From Gammaproteobacteria bacterium (lineage in GTDB: Bacteria; Pseudomonadota; Gammaproteobacteria; Ga0077536): a DNA stretch of 64,000 nucleotides. A program made the position numbers and the translations under genes. This document shows, one piece after another, positions 18,201 through 27,486 of this stretch. Every line of letters starts with the position of its first letter. Within the stretch, counting starts at the first letter, position 1. The notes under the pieces were generated by a model. It did no database searches, had not been told where the DNA came from, and saw only the letters and a program-made list of their open reading frames with translations. Location of the stretch: positions 977-64,976 of the forward strand of contig JACPPA010000057.1 of NCBI GenBank assembly GCA_016191285.1, given 5' to 3'.

Positions 18201-18410
18201 CTTAAGGAACCTCTGAATAAGTCCATCCTGGACTTATTCAGAGTACGGGAAGCAAAAAGTATGATTTTTGCTTCCCTTCATTTTCGATGGTTTGCAACCA
18301 TCGAAAATGGCGGCGCTTCCCTGTGCCGCGGGAAGCTCTGCCTTTTGCAGAGCTTCCTTAAGCCTTTGTTGACTCGTCACCCCGTGCGACGACACGGGGT
18401 CCAGTGAAAA
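18201..18410. repeat. Composite hairpin cluster: block 18201-18362 bounded by inverted termini cttaagg/ccttaag and containing four perfect hairpins, followed by hairpin 18378-18401
   Basis: Stems ctctgaataagtcca/tggacttattcagag (18211-18243), gggaagcaaaaa/tttttgcttccc (18247-18276), cattttcgatggtt/aaccatcgaaaatg (18278-18309), ggaagctctgc/gcagagcttcc (18331-18357); the last one recurs as a standalone palindrome at 61736-61770. Confidence 0.7.
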
Positions 18411-19018
18411 ATGAATTCTTTATTCGACTGGATTCCTCCGGCCAAAGCCGGGATTTCGCTGGAACGACGGAGGGATTGATTTTCGTGTCTTTCGCGATGA
18501 ATCCGCTTAAGTAAGCGCCATTCGCGTCCGTCCGTTCCTACACCTACACCCAATCCGCGCACAACAGCTCCGCCTTGGTCATCACCGCCGGATTCACGTT
18601 GCGCCTCAGGCGTGCTGTGCCCGCGTGGCAAGCCTCGACCACCGCTGCAAATGGCACAGCGTCAATCACCAGTAGATCTATATCGCTGGACGCTCGCTCG
18701 GGTTCGTCGAGGGACCGAACAACAAGATTCAGAGTGATTCAGCGCCGGGTTTATGGACTGCGAGATGAAGAATACTTGCGACTCAAAATCCTCACCTGCA
18801 TGTTGCCGCCACTCTGAAATCATTGGAATCTACCCACTCGATTACGCGAAGAGCCAACAAACCAGAGCACGCAGCGCTGTTAGCGCAGGCCTCGCCGTGA
18901 GCCAGCTAGTCTGGCTCAGCAGAAAATCGGCGGACGCTACTGAAATGGCTCAATTCAGCGACGGCGGCAACAACCGACGAATCTTGCGACCCGCCTGACG
19001 GAATTGCTCGGGTGCCGC

Positions 19019-19501
19019 CTAATCTTTACCCGCAGACAAGACGCTTTTGGCCGCAACCGCGAGCAGAAAAACCACTAAAAAGACGCTGGGGACGCCCGGC
19101 AAAAAAGCCATCAAGCCGACTAGATCAGGCTGACCCAAGGCACTGGGTCCTAAGCTAAGTCCGCGATTGCTTGAGGCATTGCCCAGCCAATAAAACACCG
19201 TGAAGGACCACGCGATGTAAATGAAGCCATAGGCGACGAAACGCTGCATGAAATCGCTTAAGCGCAAGATCGGCAAGGCCAGCGCAACGACTATGACCAA
19301 CACTCCATTCAGTGCCCCTCCCGTGTGTGCTCTCACCCATCCAGCCACCGTGCCGTACATGGGTATTTCGATAATCTTCCCCGGCCATATCTCGATTCCC
19401 CCCAGTAACGAGAACATCAACATAAAGCCGGACAACATCGCCATCAGCACGACGAGCAGTCCGTTGCCAATCATGATCCGTTGTAGTCTTTCCATCTTCA
19501 T
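19019..19501 (-). CDS. Small integral membrane protein (hypothetical, about four transmembrane segments)
   Basis: Start ATG at 19501 (MKMERLQRIMIGNGLLVVLMAML...) preceded by GGGGGAGGG; hydrophobic throughout; the longer ORF-track N-terminus overlaps the upstream gene. Confidence 0.5.
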   Translation of the reverse strand: MKMERLQRIMIGNGLLVVLMAMLSGFMLMFSLLGGIEIWPGKIIEIPMYGTVAGWVRAHTGGALNGVLVIVVALALPILRLSDFMQRFVAYGFIYIAWSFTVFYWLGNASSNRGLSLGPSALGQPDLVGLMAFLPGVPSVFLVVFLLAVAAKSVLSAGKD

Positions 19502-19530
19502 ACCCTCCCCCAAATTATTAAGCGAATAAA

Positions 19531-20451
19531 TCACCGCAGCGCATGCCGAGACAACACACTTGGAAACGGCACCGGCATATCCGGACTTTTCGTATCGACC
19601 AACGGCAGTAATTCGCTCGCAGGAAGGGTGGCATGCCCCGCAATCCAGTCCTGCATCCATTTAGGATCGTTTTCGCATCGCGGGTTATGCCACGGCAGTA
19701 GCGCCCGTAGCAGGTAGGGGCCGACATTGAAAATCATTGACGAAATTTCCCGCACGAGCGCGGCGAGATTGCGCGGCTTCCGCAATGCCTGGTCTTTCTT
19801 CAACGCCGTGAGCATTCCAATGAGTCCATATCCCACCAAGTGGAAAGAACCGTGGAAGACTCCGAAAGCGCGCGGCAGATATTGCCCTGAGTAGGCCATA
19901 TAGACATCAAAAGCGACTGTCTTGTGCTCGGTCTCTTCGACCATGTGCATCAACCAGAAGGACGCAACATGCGGCGACGCATCGCGAAAGAGCGCAATGC
20001 GCTTGTTGATGAGCCAATGCGTAAAGCCATTGGTCATGCTTTCAAATCCTGCGTTATAGGCGAGCTGCGTACGCAGACTCATTTTCGACAATCGATCGAA
20101 GGACGCCGCCAGCCGCTGCTCGACGCCAGCCAGTTCCGGGTATCCATTAGCCTTCAATAAATCGTTCAGGCGGCGGTGGCACTGGTAGTGGCGTGCCTCT
20201 TGTCCGTTAAACCCACGCATGTCCGCTAATAATTGCGGTTCGTTAATGAACGTCATCGCCTTCTGCGTACTCTTGATCAGATAGGGCTCAAGATAAGGCA
20301 TCGTCAACGACAGTCCGTTAAACAAATGAGAGCGAACCGGGTTAGCGGGGACCCAGATCGGATCGAGATCGTCCGGAAAGTCGAACGCGAACGCTCGAAT
20401 AATGATCTCATCGACTTGCTTTGGTTCGTATCTATACGTGTGTGTTTTCAT
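19531..20451 (-). CDS. Predicted metal-dependent hydrolase-like protein (COG3687/PF10118-like; assignment tentative)
   Basis: 306 aa with HxxEE.EH-type motif (HMVEETEHK); GC noticeably lower (~55%) than flanking genes. Confidence 0.5.
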   Translation of the reverse strand: MKTHTYRYEPKQVDEIIIRAFAFDFPDDLDPIWVPANPVRSHLFNGLSLTMPYLEPYLIKSTQKAMTFINEPQLLADMRGFNGQEARHYQCHRRLNDLLKANGYPELAGVEQRLAASFDRLSKMSLRTQLAYNAGFESMTNGFTHWLINKRIALFRDASPHVASFWLMHMVEETEHKTVAFDVYMAYSGQYLPRAFGVFHGSFHLVGYGLIGMLTALKKDQALRKPRNLAALVREISSMIFNVGPYLLRALLPWHNPRCENDPKWMQDWIAGHATLPASELLPLVDTKSPDMPVPFPSVLSRHALR

Positions 20452-20600
20452 GGCTACCTACCTCAGCACGTCCGAGGCTGTCTCGCGTGTGTATTGTGTT
20501 GCTGCGGGTCCAGGCCAGACCAAATTACCCGGGTCTACCGAAATAAAGACGATCATCGAGGGCCATTATCTATGCGATTTCGTCGATGGCGAGGCTGCAA

Positions 20601-20795
20601 CTAGGCGCGATCTGCCGCGCCCTCGCTTAAATCACCGACGTATAGGTGGCATGTTGCACAGGCACAGTTTTCACCGCAATCGCCAGCTATGCCCAGAATA
20701 TTATTGCGCACCGCGACCGTCATTAGCGTCTCGCCCGGCGACGCGTCAACGGTGTGCTCAGTACCATTAAATTCGATGTAGATGATCTTGGCCAC
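20601..20795 (-). CDS. Adrenodoxin/putidaredoxin-type [2Fe-2S] ferredoxin, truncated at 64 aa (C-terminal third including the 4th Cys missing; probable pseudogene)
   Basis: MAKIIYIEFNGTEHTVD...AGDCGENCACATCHLYVGD, then stop; the other frames downstream give no convincing C-terminus. Confidence 0.6.
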   Translation of the reverse strand: MAKIIYIEFNGTEHTVDASPGETLMTVAVRNNILGIAGDCGENCACATCHLYVGDLSEGAADRA

Positions 20796-21246
20796 ATGAA
20801 CGGTCTCGTTTTTTGTCTGACTAAGCGTCAGGAGGAAATTTCGATGTCAGTATCGCTTTACCCTAACCGGTAAATGAGAATATCCGATCGTAATATTAGA
20901 GTAGACCCGCACGGGATCTCCGAGTTGAATACTGCCGCTGCAGCTGAAGTCGAACGAGTTCATGAGTTTATCGCCGAACAGCATGCTGAGTTATTGCGTA
21001 ATTTCGATCCCAAAATCGATGCCTTTGATTGACAAAGGCGTTGAAGAAATCGAGCGTCGTCAACAGGACCGATCGCGGTGAACTGCGGCCACCTACCCCG
21101 GAATTTCACGGGACCCTCGCGCGACAGTCGCGTCGAGGGCGGCTGAGGGCGTTTTCTGACACTCGATATTGAGGACTGTCACCAGCAGGCGCGAGTGACC
21201 CCGCGCCAGGTGTTAGACCAGCCTCGCGTCCGTGCGTGAGAATGGG

Positions 21247-22197
21247 CTACCGTTGGCCTAATTCCCTCAGGCCCGGTAATGCCATTGGCGGCGGCGCGGG
21301 CTCGTTGACAGTTTGAGCGCCGCGCCGGCTGCGCTGGGCAGGCGTCACTTGTTCACGCCGCCTATGGTTCGGCGCAAAGACGCCGTGGTAACGCGTAAGA
21401 GCCTGCCCCGGACTTGATCCGGGATTGACTCTCGGCGTCGGCACCAGGGCTGCGAGTCGAGCAATGAAGTCGAATGGCTCGAACACCCCGTCCGTCGTGC
21501 CATCCCGGTAAGGGGTCTTGAGGCGGTACCGAACGTGGCCTTGAGTCGTTAACGACAACCGCTCAGTCGAGACTGCCGGGCGTGATATAGCGGCACAGGC
21601 GCTCTAGTTTCTCGCGTTCATGTGCCTCGCTCGTCATCCCGGTGTGTAACGAGAACCCGGCTGCTTTCGCGACCGAATTGTTGTCCTCTACTGCGGCGAC
21701 TGCCGGCAGCGTCTGCAAGGCAAACGCTTTGCGACCCTGGCGCGGGCCGAGCGCAATCCGGTAAGTAACGGAATGACCCAAGAGATCATCGAAGCCCGCG
21801 CCGTCAGGCGAGTCCGCAGTCAAAAAGCTATTCTTCAAGACCCGTACCAGCAGGCATTGGTCTTCGAGTGCGCGGCCAACCCGCTCACTGATGGCGCGAA
21901 TCAATTTAAGTTTTTCCGAGCGAGGGTCGGATGACAGTAGATAAGTCTCCGGCACCCACCGCAAACAATCGAATAATCGAATCTCCGGCACCAGTTACTC
22001 CTGTGCCGCGTGAAGCGCACCGTCTCGTCATTCCGGAAGTCGCGCAGCGACTTCCGGAATCTATCGCCTTGCGGTAGTCGTGTATCAGGGGCGGTCACAA
22101 CTGTTTGTGTGCCGCACTCGTCGCAGAACTTCGCGGCAGGCGAAGTTAGCTCCACAGGCAGCGCCGACGCGATTTTTTTAGCGAACCGCGCGGACAC
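21247..22197 (-). mobile_element. ISCR/IS91-family rolling-circle (HUH Y2) transposase remnant: 5'-degraded and frameshifted between ORFs 21563-21991 and 21247-21558
   Basis: YRIALGPRQGRKAFALQTLP, GFSLHTG, KLERLCRYITP, then in another frame LKTPYRDGTTDGVFEPFDFIARLAALVPTPRVN...LTRYHGVFAPNHRRR. These match ISCR1-type transposase C-terminal half motifs (LEQLCRYITRPA, LKLKTPWRDGTT, FMQRLAALVPRPR, IRFHGVLAPN) as recalled from memory. Confidence 0.65.
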
Positions 22198-22387
22198 TGC
22201 GGGGTCCGCTTTGTCGGCTACAAACTGGAACGATCGGAGACCGTTCGTGACCGAAGTCTCCTAGTCGCAAATTACCGGCGCCACAAAGCGTATCGCAGTC
22301 CGACGCTTCCGCGTCTTCCTTGAAAAGTAGACTTGTGAGATCAAATTCCTTACTCTAATGTAAGGAATACTCAATCGGAGCCTGCTT

Positions 22388-22630
22388 ATGACAACAGCCA
22401 CCCTCACGAGCAAGGGGCAGATCACAATCCCTGTCGAAGTGCGTCAAGCCCTAGGTGTGGATACCGGTGACCGAGTGGAATTTGTTGAGGTAGCGCCTGG
22501 GCGCTACGAATTCATCGCAGCCACGCGGTCAGTCACTGCATTGAAAGGCATGTTCGGCAAACCCCGCAAAACGATATCGATTGAGGAGATGAATACAGCC
22601 ATCGCCAGGCGTGGCGTGGCCGCCAAATGA
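22388..22630 (+). CDS. vapB: AbrB/MazE/SpoVT-family antitoxin (VapB-like)
   Basis: 80 aa; SKGQITIPVEVRQALG swapped-hairpin motif; stop overlaps vapC start (ATGA). Confidence 0.8.
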   Translation: MTTATLTSKGQITIPVEVRQALGVDTGDRVEFVEVAPGRYEFIAATRSVTALKGMFGKPRKTISIEEMNTAIARRGVAAK

Positions 22631-23022
22631 TGGGGCTCGATACTAACGTTGTGGTGCGCTACATCATGCAGGACGACGTCAAGCAGGCTCTGAAGGCTAC
22701 GCAGCTTATCGAATCGCTTTCTGCGGAGGAACCTGGCTTCGTGCCGCTGATAGTGATCGTGGAACTCGGGTGGGTACTGTCATCGGCGTACGCACTCAAT
22801 AGAGACCAACTTTTCGAAGCATTCGAGGGGTTGCTTCGAACCAAAGAATTGATCGTTGAGCGCGCGGAAATCGTGTGGAAGGCGTTGCGCGTTTTTCAAA
22901 CCGCAAACGCGGATTTCGCAGACTCCCTGATTACGTGCTCTGCGGCAGCCGCCGGATGCGCGAGGATAATGACCTTCGATCGCGTCGCCGTAAAAAGCGG
23001 CGGTATGTCGCTGCTAGCTTGA
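22627..23022 (+). CDS. vapC: PIN-domain ribonuclease toxin VapC
   Basis: 131 aa; LDTNVVVRY N-terminal acidic residue, PIN fold pattern, conserved D near the C-terminus. Confidence 0.85.
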   Translation: MMGLDTNVVVRYIMQDDVKQALKATQLIESLSAEEPGFVPLIVIVELGWVLSSAYALNRDQLFEAFEGLLRTKELIVERAEIVWKALRVFQTANADFADSLITCSAAAAGCARIMTFDRVAVKSGGMSLLA

Positions 23023-23431
23023 TTCAGAACATAGCGCCGCCACTGTTAGGTGGACCTTGCTCCAACGATTCCTAGTCAAGACGCGACGGGTCTCTCCAGT
23101 TGCTGCCCAGATCCTGGTTTGCAGCATTCAAGCAACGACATTCCATCGCCGATAATTAGCTAGGGAAATTTCAGCGTCACTGACCCCTTGATCGCCTTGA
23201 TCGTTGGAACTGACTGCGTTGGACGACGGCGTCTACTGCTCGATCTGCAGAATCAGTTGAACAAACGCCTCCACCGCTCGTCGGGGTCGGCGGGGACTCG
23301 TTTTCCTTAAACGAAACGCTCGGCGACGAGGTATCGATCGTGGATTTCAGCACCTTGCGTGCTTACGACGAATATGCCAAAACAGTCTTATCGGTCTGGG
23401 GAGATCGGATGGGGGAAGGCTGTAGGCCAGT

Positions 23432-24454
23432 TCAGACCGCCGGGTGAAACTTATCGTAGAAAAGATGATCGGCGCGAATTCCTTTTGCTTCTAAAAGTGT
23501 CCCAACCGCGTCACACATCGCAGGTGCGCCACACAGATAGGCGTCGAAGGGTCTTGCGTCGCCGAGAGCGCGCTGTAAGGCGTGCGTCACCCGGCCGCGT
23601 TGTCCATTCCAGTCGGCGCTGCCTCGCGTGAGACTTGGTACGTAGCTCAGGCGCGAGCCCATGAGCTCCTGCAGTTCAGCCAACTCGTGCTGGCAGGGTA
23701 AGTCCTCGTTAGTTCGCGCGCCATAGTGGAAAATAAAGGGACGCTGATCATTGCGTTCGGCCGCGGCCGCGAGGATTGATAGGATCGGAGAGAGTCCCGA
23801 TCCGGTCGCGCACAGTAGCACCGGCTCTGCACCCGCCCGCAGATAGCTCGTGCCGAAAGGCCCGCGTACCGCAAAGCGCTCGCCGATCGCGAGCACCGGT
23901 AGCTGGCTCGAGAAAGCACCTTCAGGGACCCGTTTGATGATGAACTCTAGGGCGAAGGGCCTCGAAGGTGATGAGGCGATCGAGTATGACCGCCGCAACG
24001 CTGCCCACGGTGGCGTCAATTCGACGAATTGACCTGGATAGAACGGCAGTGGTTCCGATAAGGTCAGCACCAGTCGCCAGAGTGCCGAAGTGAGCTGCGC
24101 GATGCTCTCAACTTCGGCCACGACGTCGCGCGGCAATAGCATCGGTGCAGCGCGCGCATCAGAACCCCCCTGTCCCTCAATAACGAGATCGCTCGCCGGC
24201 CGTGCGCAGCACAATAGTGCGTAACCTTCCTCACGCTGGGCTTCGCTTAGCGAGTAAATTGACGCCCCACCGTGATCGACGTCGCCTTCTTGCAGAAAGT
24301 ATTTGCAGCTCGAACAGTTGCCGTGACGGCAGCCGTAATTGAGAGCGACGCCTTGGCGCAAAGCGGCATCGAGCACGGATTCGTTCGCCGAGACCTCGAA
24401 GCTCGTGCCGTCTGGGTCGATGCGTGCCCGATAAGTGCTTATAGCTTGACTCAC
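23432..24454 (-). CDS. Soluble di-iron monooxygenase NADH oxidoreductase component (N-terminal plant-type [2Fe-2S] ferredoxin + FAD/NAD-binding domain)
   Basis: CRHGNCSSCKYFL...LCCA ferredoxin motif; FNR-like flavin and NAD domains; GTG start overlaps the coupling-protein stop (GTGA). Confidence 0.88.
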   Translation of the reverse strand: MSQAISTYRARIDPDGTSFEVSANESVLDAALRQGVALNYGCRHGNCSSCKYFLQEGDVDHGGASIYSLSEAQREEGYALLCCARPASDLVIEGQGGSDARAAPMLLPRDVVAEVESIAQLTSALWRLVLTLSEPLPFYPGQFVELTPPWAALRRSYSIASSPSRPFALEFIIKRVPEGAFSSQLPVLAIGERFAVRGPFGTSYLRAGAEPVLLCATGSGLSPILSILAAAAERNDQRPFIFHYGARTNEDLPCQHELAELQELMGSRLSYVPSLTRGSADWNGQRGRVTHALQRALGDARPFDAYLCGAPAMCDAVGTLLEAKGIRADHLFYDKFHPAV

Positions 24455-24765
24455 GCGGACGTTACAGGCTCAAAGTCGAGCATCTGCGAGGTCACCCGAA
24501 ATGTTCTCGGATCGGTCATCACGCGGCCGACGAAACTCGACATCACCACCAGCCAGTCCCCGAGCGAGATGAATTCACCCAACTCCTGACCGACCCGGTC
24601 GAGATCGATCACGATCTCGTCGTCGCGCGTCGCGATCATCCAATACGGACCTAGATCTTCGATCCCGATCCGCGGGTGATCGGCGCGCAACACATCCAGG
24701 GTCGCGTCGGCCTCCGCGCTTTTGATCAAGACCACGGCCACGCGGTTACTTTCTGCTACTGACAT
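24451..24765 (-). CDS. Monooxygenase coupling/effector protein (MmoB/DmpM family)
   Basis: 104 aa; MmoB/DmpM-like sequence; SD AGGAGA; overlaps the beta-subunit 3' end by 20 nt. Confidence 0.85.
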   Translation of the reverse strand: MSVAESNRVAVVLIKSAEADATLDVLRADHPRIGIEDLGPYWMIATRDDEIVIDLDRVGQELGEFISLGDWLVVMSSFVGRVMTDPRTFRVTSQMLDFEPVTSA

Positions 24766-25807
24766 GGTCGTCTCCTGGTGAGGTCAGTCCGCACGAGGCG
24801 ACTAACTTGGTTTGGGCGGCCGCCGCCGCTTCGACCAGTGATTCGATCGCAAACAGGGGCTGTGGAATTTGTCGCGCAATCGGTGCGAACGCGGCCGCTG
24901 CCGCCAGTGCTTGGGGCCGCCAGCGCGCTAACCACGTCTGCAACACGCTCCGGTTCTCGGTCGCCGCCGGGCAATCCGCCGCGGTCACCATGCGCACGAA
25001 CTCCGCAGTCCACGCAAGATTGCGCCGACGGTCGCGTTCGGCACTCGTGACGATGAAGGGCGTAATTGAATCGCCATTCAATGCCGATGGCTTCCGCACC
25101 AAGTCACCCAGCGCGACTTCGCTCACGAGCGGTGCAACCACGAGATTGACCGCGACCGCAAGCTCGGCCCAGTCGGTGCACACGATCAAGCGTTCAACCA
25201 ATTGGCGCGCCGGTTGGTAGGCAGGATCAGAGAGCCAGCGCGCCTTCGCGTCACCCTCGCGGAAGCTCGGCACCGACTCTTCGATGGCAAGCAAATGACT
25301 CACGATGGCCTGTCCATGACGCATGTGATCGAAAGCCTGGAAACACAATGCGTTGCCGAGCGTATCGGACAGCGCCTCGCGCTGCGCTGTGGCAAACGCC
25401 CGAAACAGACCGTATTCGAAGAAGGACCATACGCGATAATGGCCAGCAAGGATTCGATCGCGCCAAGTGGGCTCGATGGCCGTAAAACTACCGTCAGCTG
25501 CCGCATCCTCGGCTAACCGCTCGATGGCGCGCTCCTGCTCGGCTTGCATACGTATATACGTACGTTGCCAGTGTTGCGCCGGATCGCGAAACGCAAACCA
25601 GTTCGGGTGAGCGAGCGCGGTTGATTCGGGCCGCCACGGCGCGCGCCCATCGGGCGCTAGTAGAAAGTGCCCACCCTTGTCGAAGCCGCCGGTCTCCCAT
25701 TGCTGATGGACAGTCACCGCTTCGTACTCGGTGAGGCGACGTTTGCGCGGTTTGATGAAGATGAAGTCGCGTCGTTCGTTGCTTGCGAGGTTGATCTGGG
25801 CGTTCAT
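24746..25807 (-). CDS. Soluble di-iron monooxygenase hydroxylase beta (small) subunit
   Basis: 353 aa; ferritin-like beta-subunit pattern; ATG overlaps the alpha stop (ATGA). Confidence 0.85.
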   Translation of the reverse strand: MNAQINLASNERRDFIFIKPRKRRLTEYEAVTVHQQWETGGFDKGGHFLLAPDGRAPWRPESTALAHPNWFAFRDPAQHWQRTYIRMQAEQERAIERLAEDAAADGSFTAIEPTWRDRILAGHYRVWSFFEYGLFRAFATAQREALSDTLGNALCFQAFDHMRHGQAIVSHLLAIEESVPSFREGDAKARWLSDPAYQPARQLVERLIVCTDWAELAVAVNLVVAPLVSEVALGDLVRKPSALNGDSITPFIVTSAERDRRRNLAWTAEFVRMVTAADCPAATENRSVLQTWLARWRPQALAAAAAFAPIARQIPQPLFAIESLVEAAAAAQTKLVASCGLTSPGDDHVSSRK

Positions 25808-27327
25808 GCGAGGCCCTCCGCCGGAAGATCGCGCAGCGGATCGCGGATCTCGATCTTGAGTGCGCGGATATCGTCCAAGGTCCAGCGACGATGGTCATCG
25901 AGGTGCGGTTGCGCGATAAGCGTCTTGCCATCGGCGCGCAGAAACCCGTTCTGTTCAATGAAATCGGCGAGATCCATGCCGTCGAACTCTTCGAACAACG
26001 TTGGCGAACCGAGATAGCGGTGCGGCTCCTCGCGGAAGATGTGCTCGCACGCTGCTGAGCAGAAGGCGTGCTTGCGACCATCTATCAGACGCACGCGCGC
26101 GGTCGAAATATCAGGTCGCGGAAACACGCCAGGCATATGGCATACGCGGCACAGCGTCGGTAGGTGTTCGAACATCTGCATCGGTACCATACCGGAAGCT
26201 GGATCGCTCATTCGGCGATAGTCTTCCCAGAATTTGCCGTAATGACCGTACCAACCGGGATACTTCTTTTCGAACCAGTCGAAATCGCGTTCGGTCAACG
26301 GATCGTGCCGCCAGAATTGGAGTGGCCAAGCGGCAAATACCGCCATTGCCGCGCTGTGTCCGACCCACGGCAGACGTTCGCGCGCATCTTCGAACCAGCG
26401 CGGCACCTGCAAGCCGAAGGGTTCGAGCTTGCGGATGTAGGCACCGGCCCAATCCTCTTCCACCCACTCCCGCCACTTTTCGAGATACGAGCTCGTGCGC
26501 TCCTCTTGGAAGTAGTCGTAGACTGCCGCCAGCAGCGGATCAAGAAAATTGTGTTGGCGCCAAAAGGCGCGATCGAAGTCGCGCTGCAGGTGGGGCAGAT
26601 TGTCGGGCTCGGAGCAGATGGCGGCGAGCGTCGAATAACCGTTCGCCATGTGCCGCGCTTCATCCGACTGAATGCTGAGAAACACCGTCGGCGTCGCCTG
26701 GTCGCCGTTAGCCGCGGCGATTTCGGTCATCGCAACGAACAGCGGATTAGTGAACGCGGTCTCGGTCACGACCTGCAGATTCAACGCTCCTTCAACCGGA
26801 TCGGCGTTGAAGAAACCCTGCAACGCGGCGCGACCGGTGCGACACTGGATATTTTTCGAGCGCAACGCGAAGCCCTGGGCGAAACCTTCAGGGTCCGGCG
26901 CGTGCCGCGCGAGATAACGGGTGAGATGCGCGATCTGATTGTTGTGCCGGACCTCGTCGATCATTTGCGCCATATAGCCCTGGCGAAGCTCGGCATTTTC
27001 GACGGCATCGATGAGCTGGCCGGTCGATTTGATCGCGGCGTATTCGCCGAAACCGGTGACAGGTAACACCAGCTTGAGAATTTCGGTCCAGCGCTGTGAC
27101 GCCTTGCCTGGCAACCCGGCTCTCGCCATCACGTCAGACATCGCACCATATTGGCGGTCGTCCTTCTCCTGCTCCATCGAGCAGTAGTCGCGAATCAAGT
27201 GCCGGAATGGATCCTTAGTCCGGGCAGGGATTTTATATTTGGTCGGATAGCGGTTGGGCTTGTCGACGTAAGAGAGCTTCCAGTCGAAGTTCTTGACGCG
27301 GTCATGAGTCTCGATGATGTTCTGCAC
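25804..27327 (-). CDS. Soluble di-iron monooxygenase hydroxylase alpha (catalytic) subunit, propane/Mim-type (group 5/6-like)
   Basis: Di-iron ligand motifs MIDEVRH and QSDEARH; N-terminal KDPFRHLIRDYCSMEQEKDDRQYGAM and C-terminal YHS-like KKYPGW...HAFCSAACEHIF, both typical of PrmA/MimA-type alphas; GTG at 27327 (VQNIIETHDRVKNFDW) preceded by GGGGAA, chosen by N-terminal homology; the ORF-track frame extends to 27642. Confidence 0.88.
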   Translation of the reverse strand: MQNIIETHDRVKNFDWKLSYVDKPNRYPTKYKIPARTKDPFRHLIRDYCSMEQEKDDRQYGAMSDVMARAGLPGKASQRWTEILKLVLPVTGFGEYAAIKSTGQLIDAVENAELRQGYMAQMIDEVRHNNQIAHLTRYLARHAPDPEGFAQGFALRSKNIQCRTGRAALQGFFNADPVEGALNLQVVTETAFTNPLFVAMTEIAAANGDQATPTVFLSIQSDEARHMANGYSTLAAICSEPDNLPHLQRDFDRAFWRQHNFLDPLLAAVYDYFQEERTSSYLEKWREWVEEDWAGAYIRKLEPFGLQVPRWFEDARERLPWVGHSAAMAVFAAWPLQFWRHDPLTERDFDWFEKKYPGWYGHYGKFWEDYRRMSDPASGMVPMQMFEHLPTLCRVCHMPGVFPRPDISTARVRLIDGRKHAFCSAACEHIFREEPHRYLGSPTLFEEFDGMDLADFIEQNGFLRADGKTLIAQPHLDDHRRWTLDDIRALKIEIRDPLRDLPAEGLA

Positions 27328-27486
27328 AGGATTCCCCGCAACTTGATGAGTGGTAGGTGCGACCCGCGGTGTTGGGATGCTCCCACTCGCCGCTAATTTC
27401 GCCTGCGGTGCACGATAGGGGGTAACGAATTGACAAAAAACAGCTCCGGGTGACATTGTTGTTGTCGTTTGGTGACGATGTGAGCG

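Noticed and set aside
27328-27486. Sigma-54 promoter (TGGCAC-N5-TTGCW) for the monooxygenase operon
   Set aside because: No match to the -24/-12 consensus was found on the relevant strand by eye. An AraC-type rather than NtrC-type regulator is adjacent, which favours a sigma-70 promoter.
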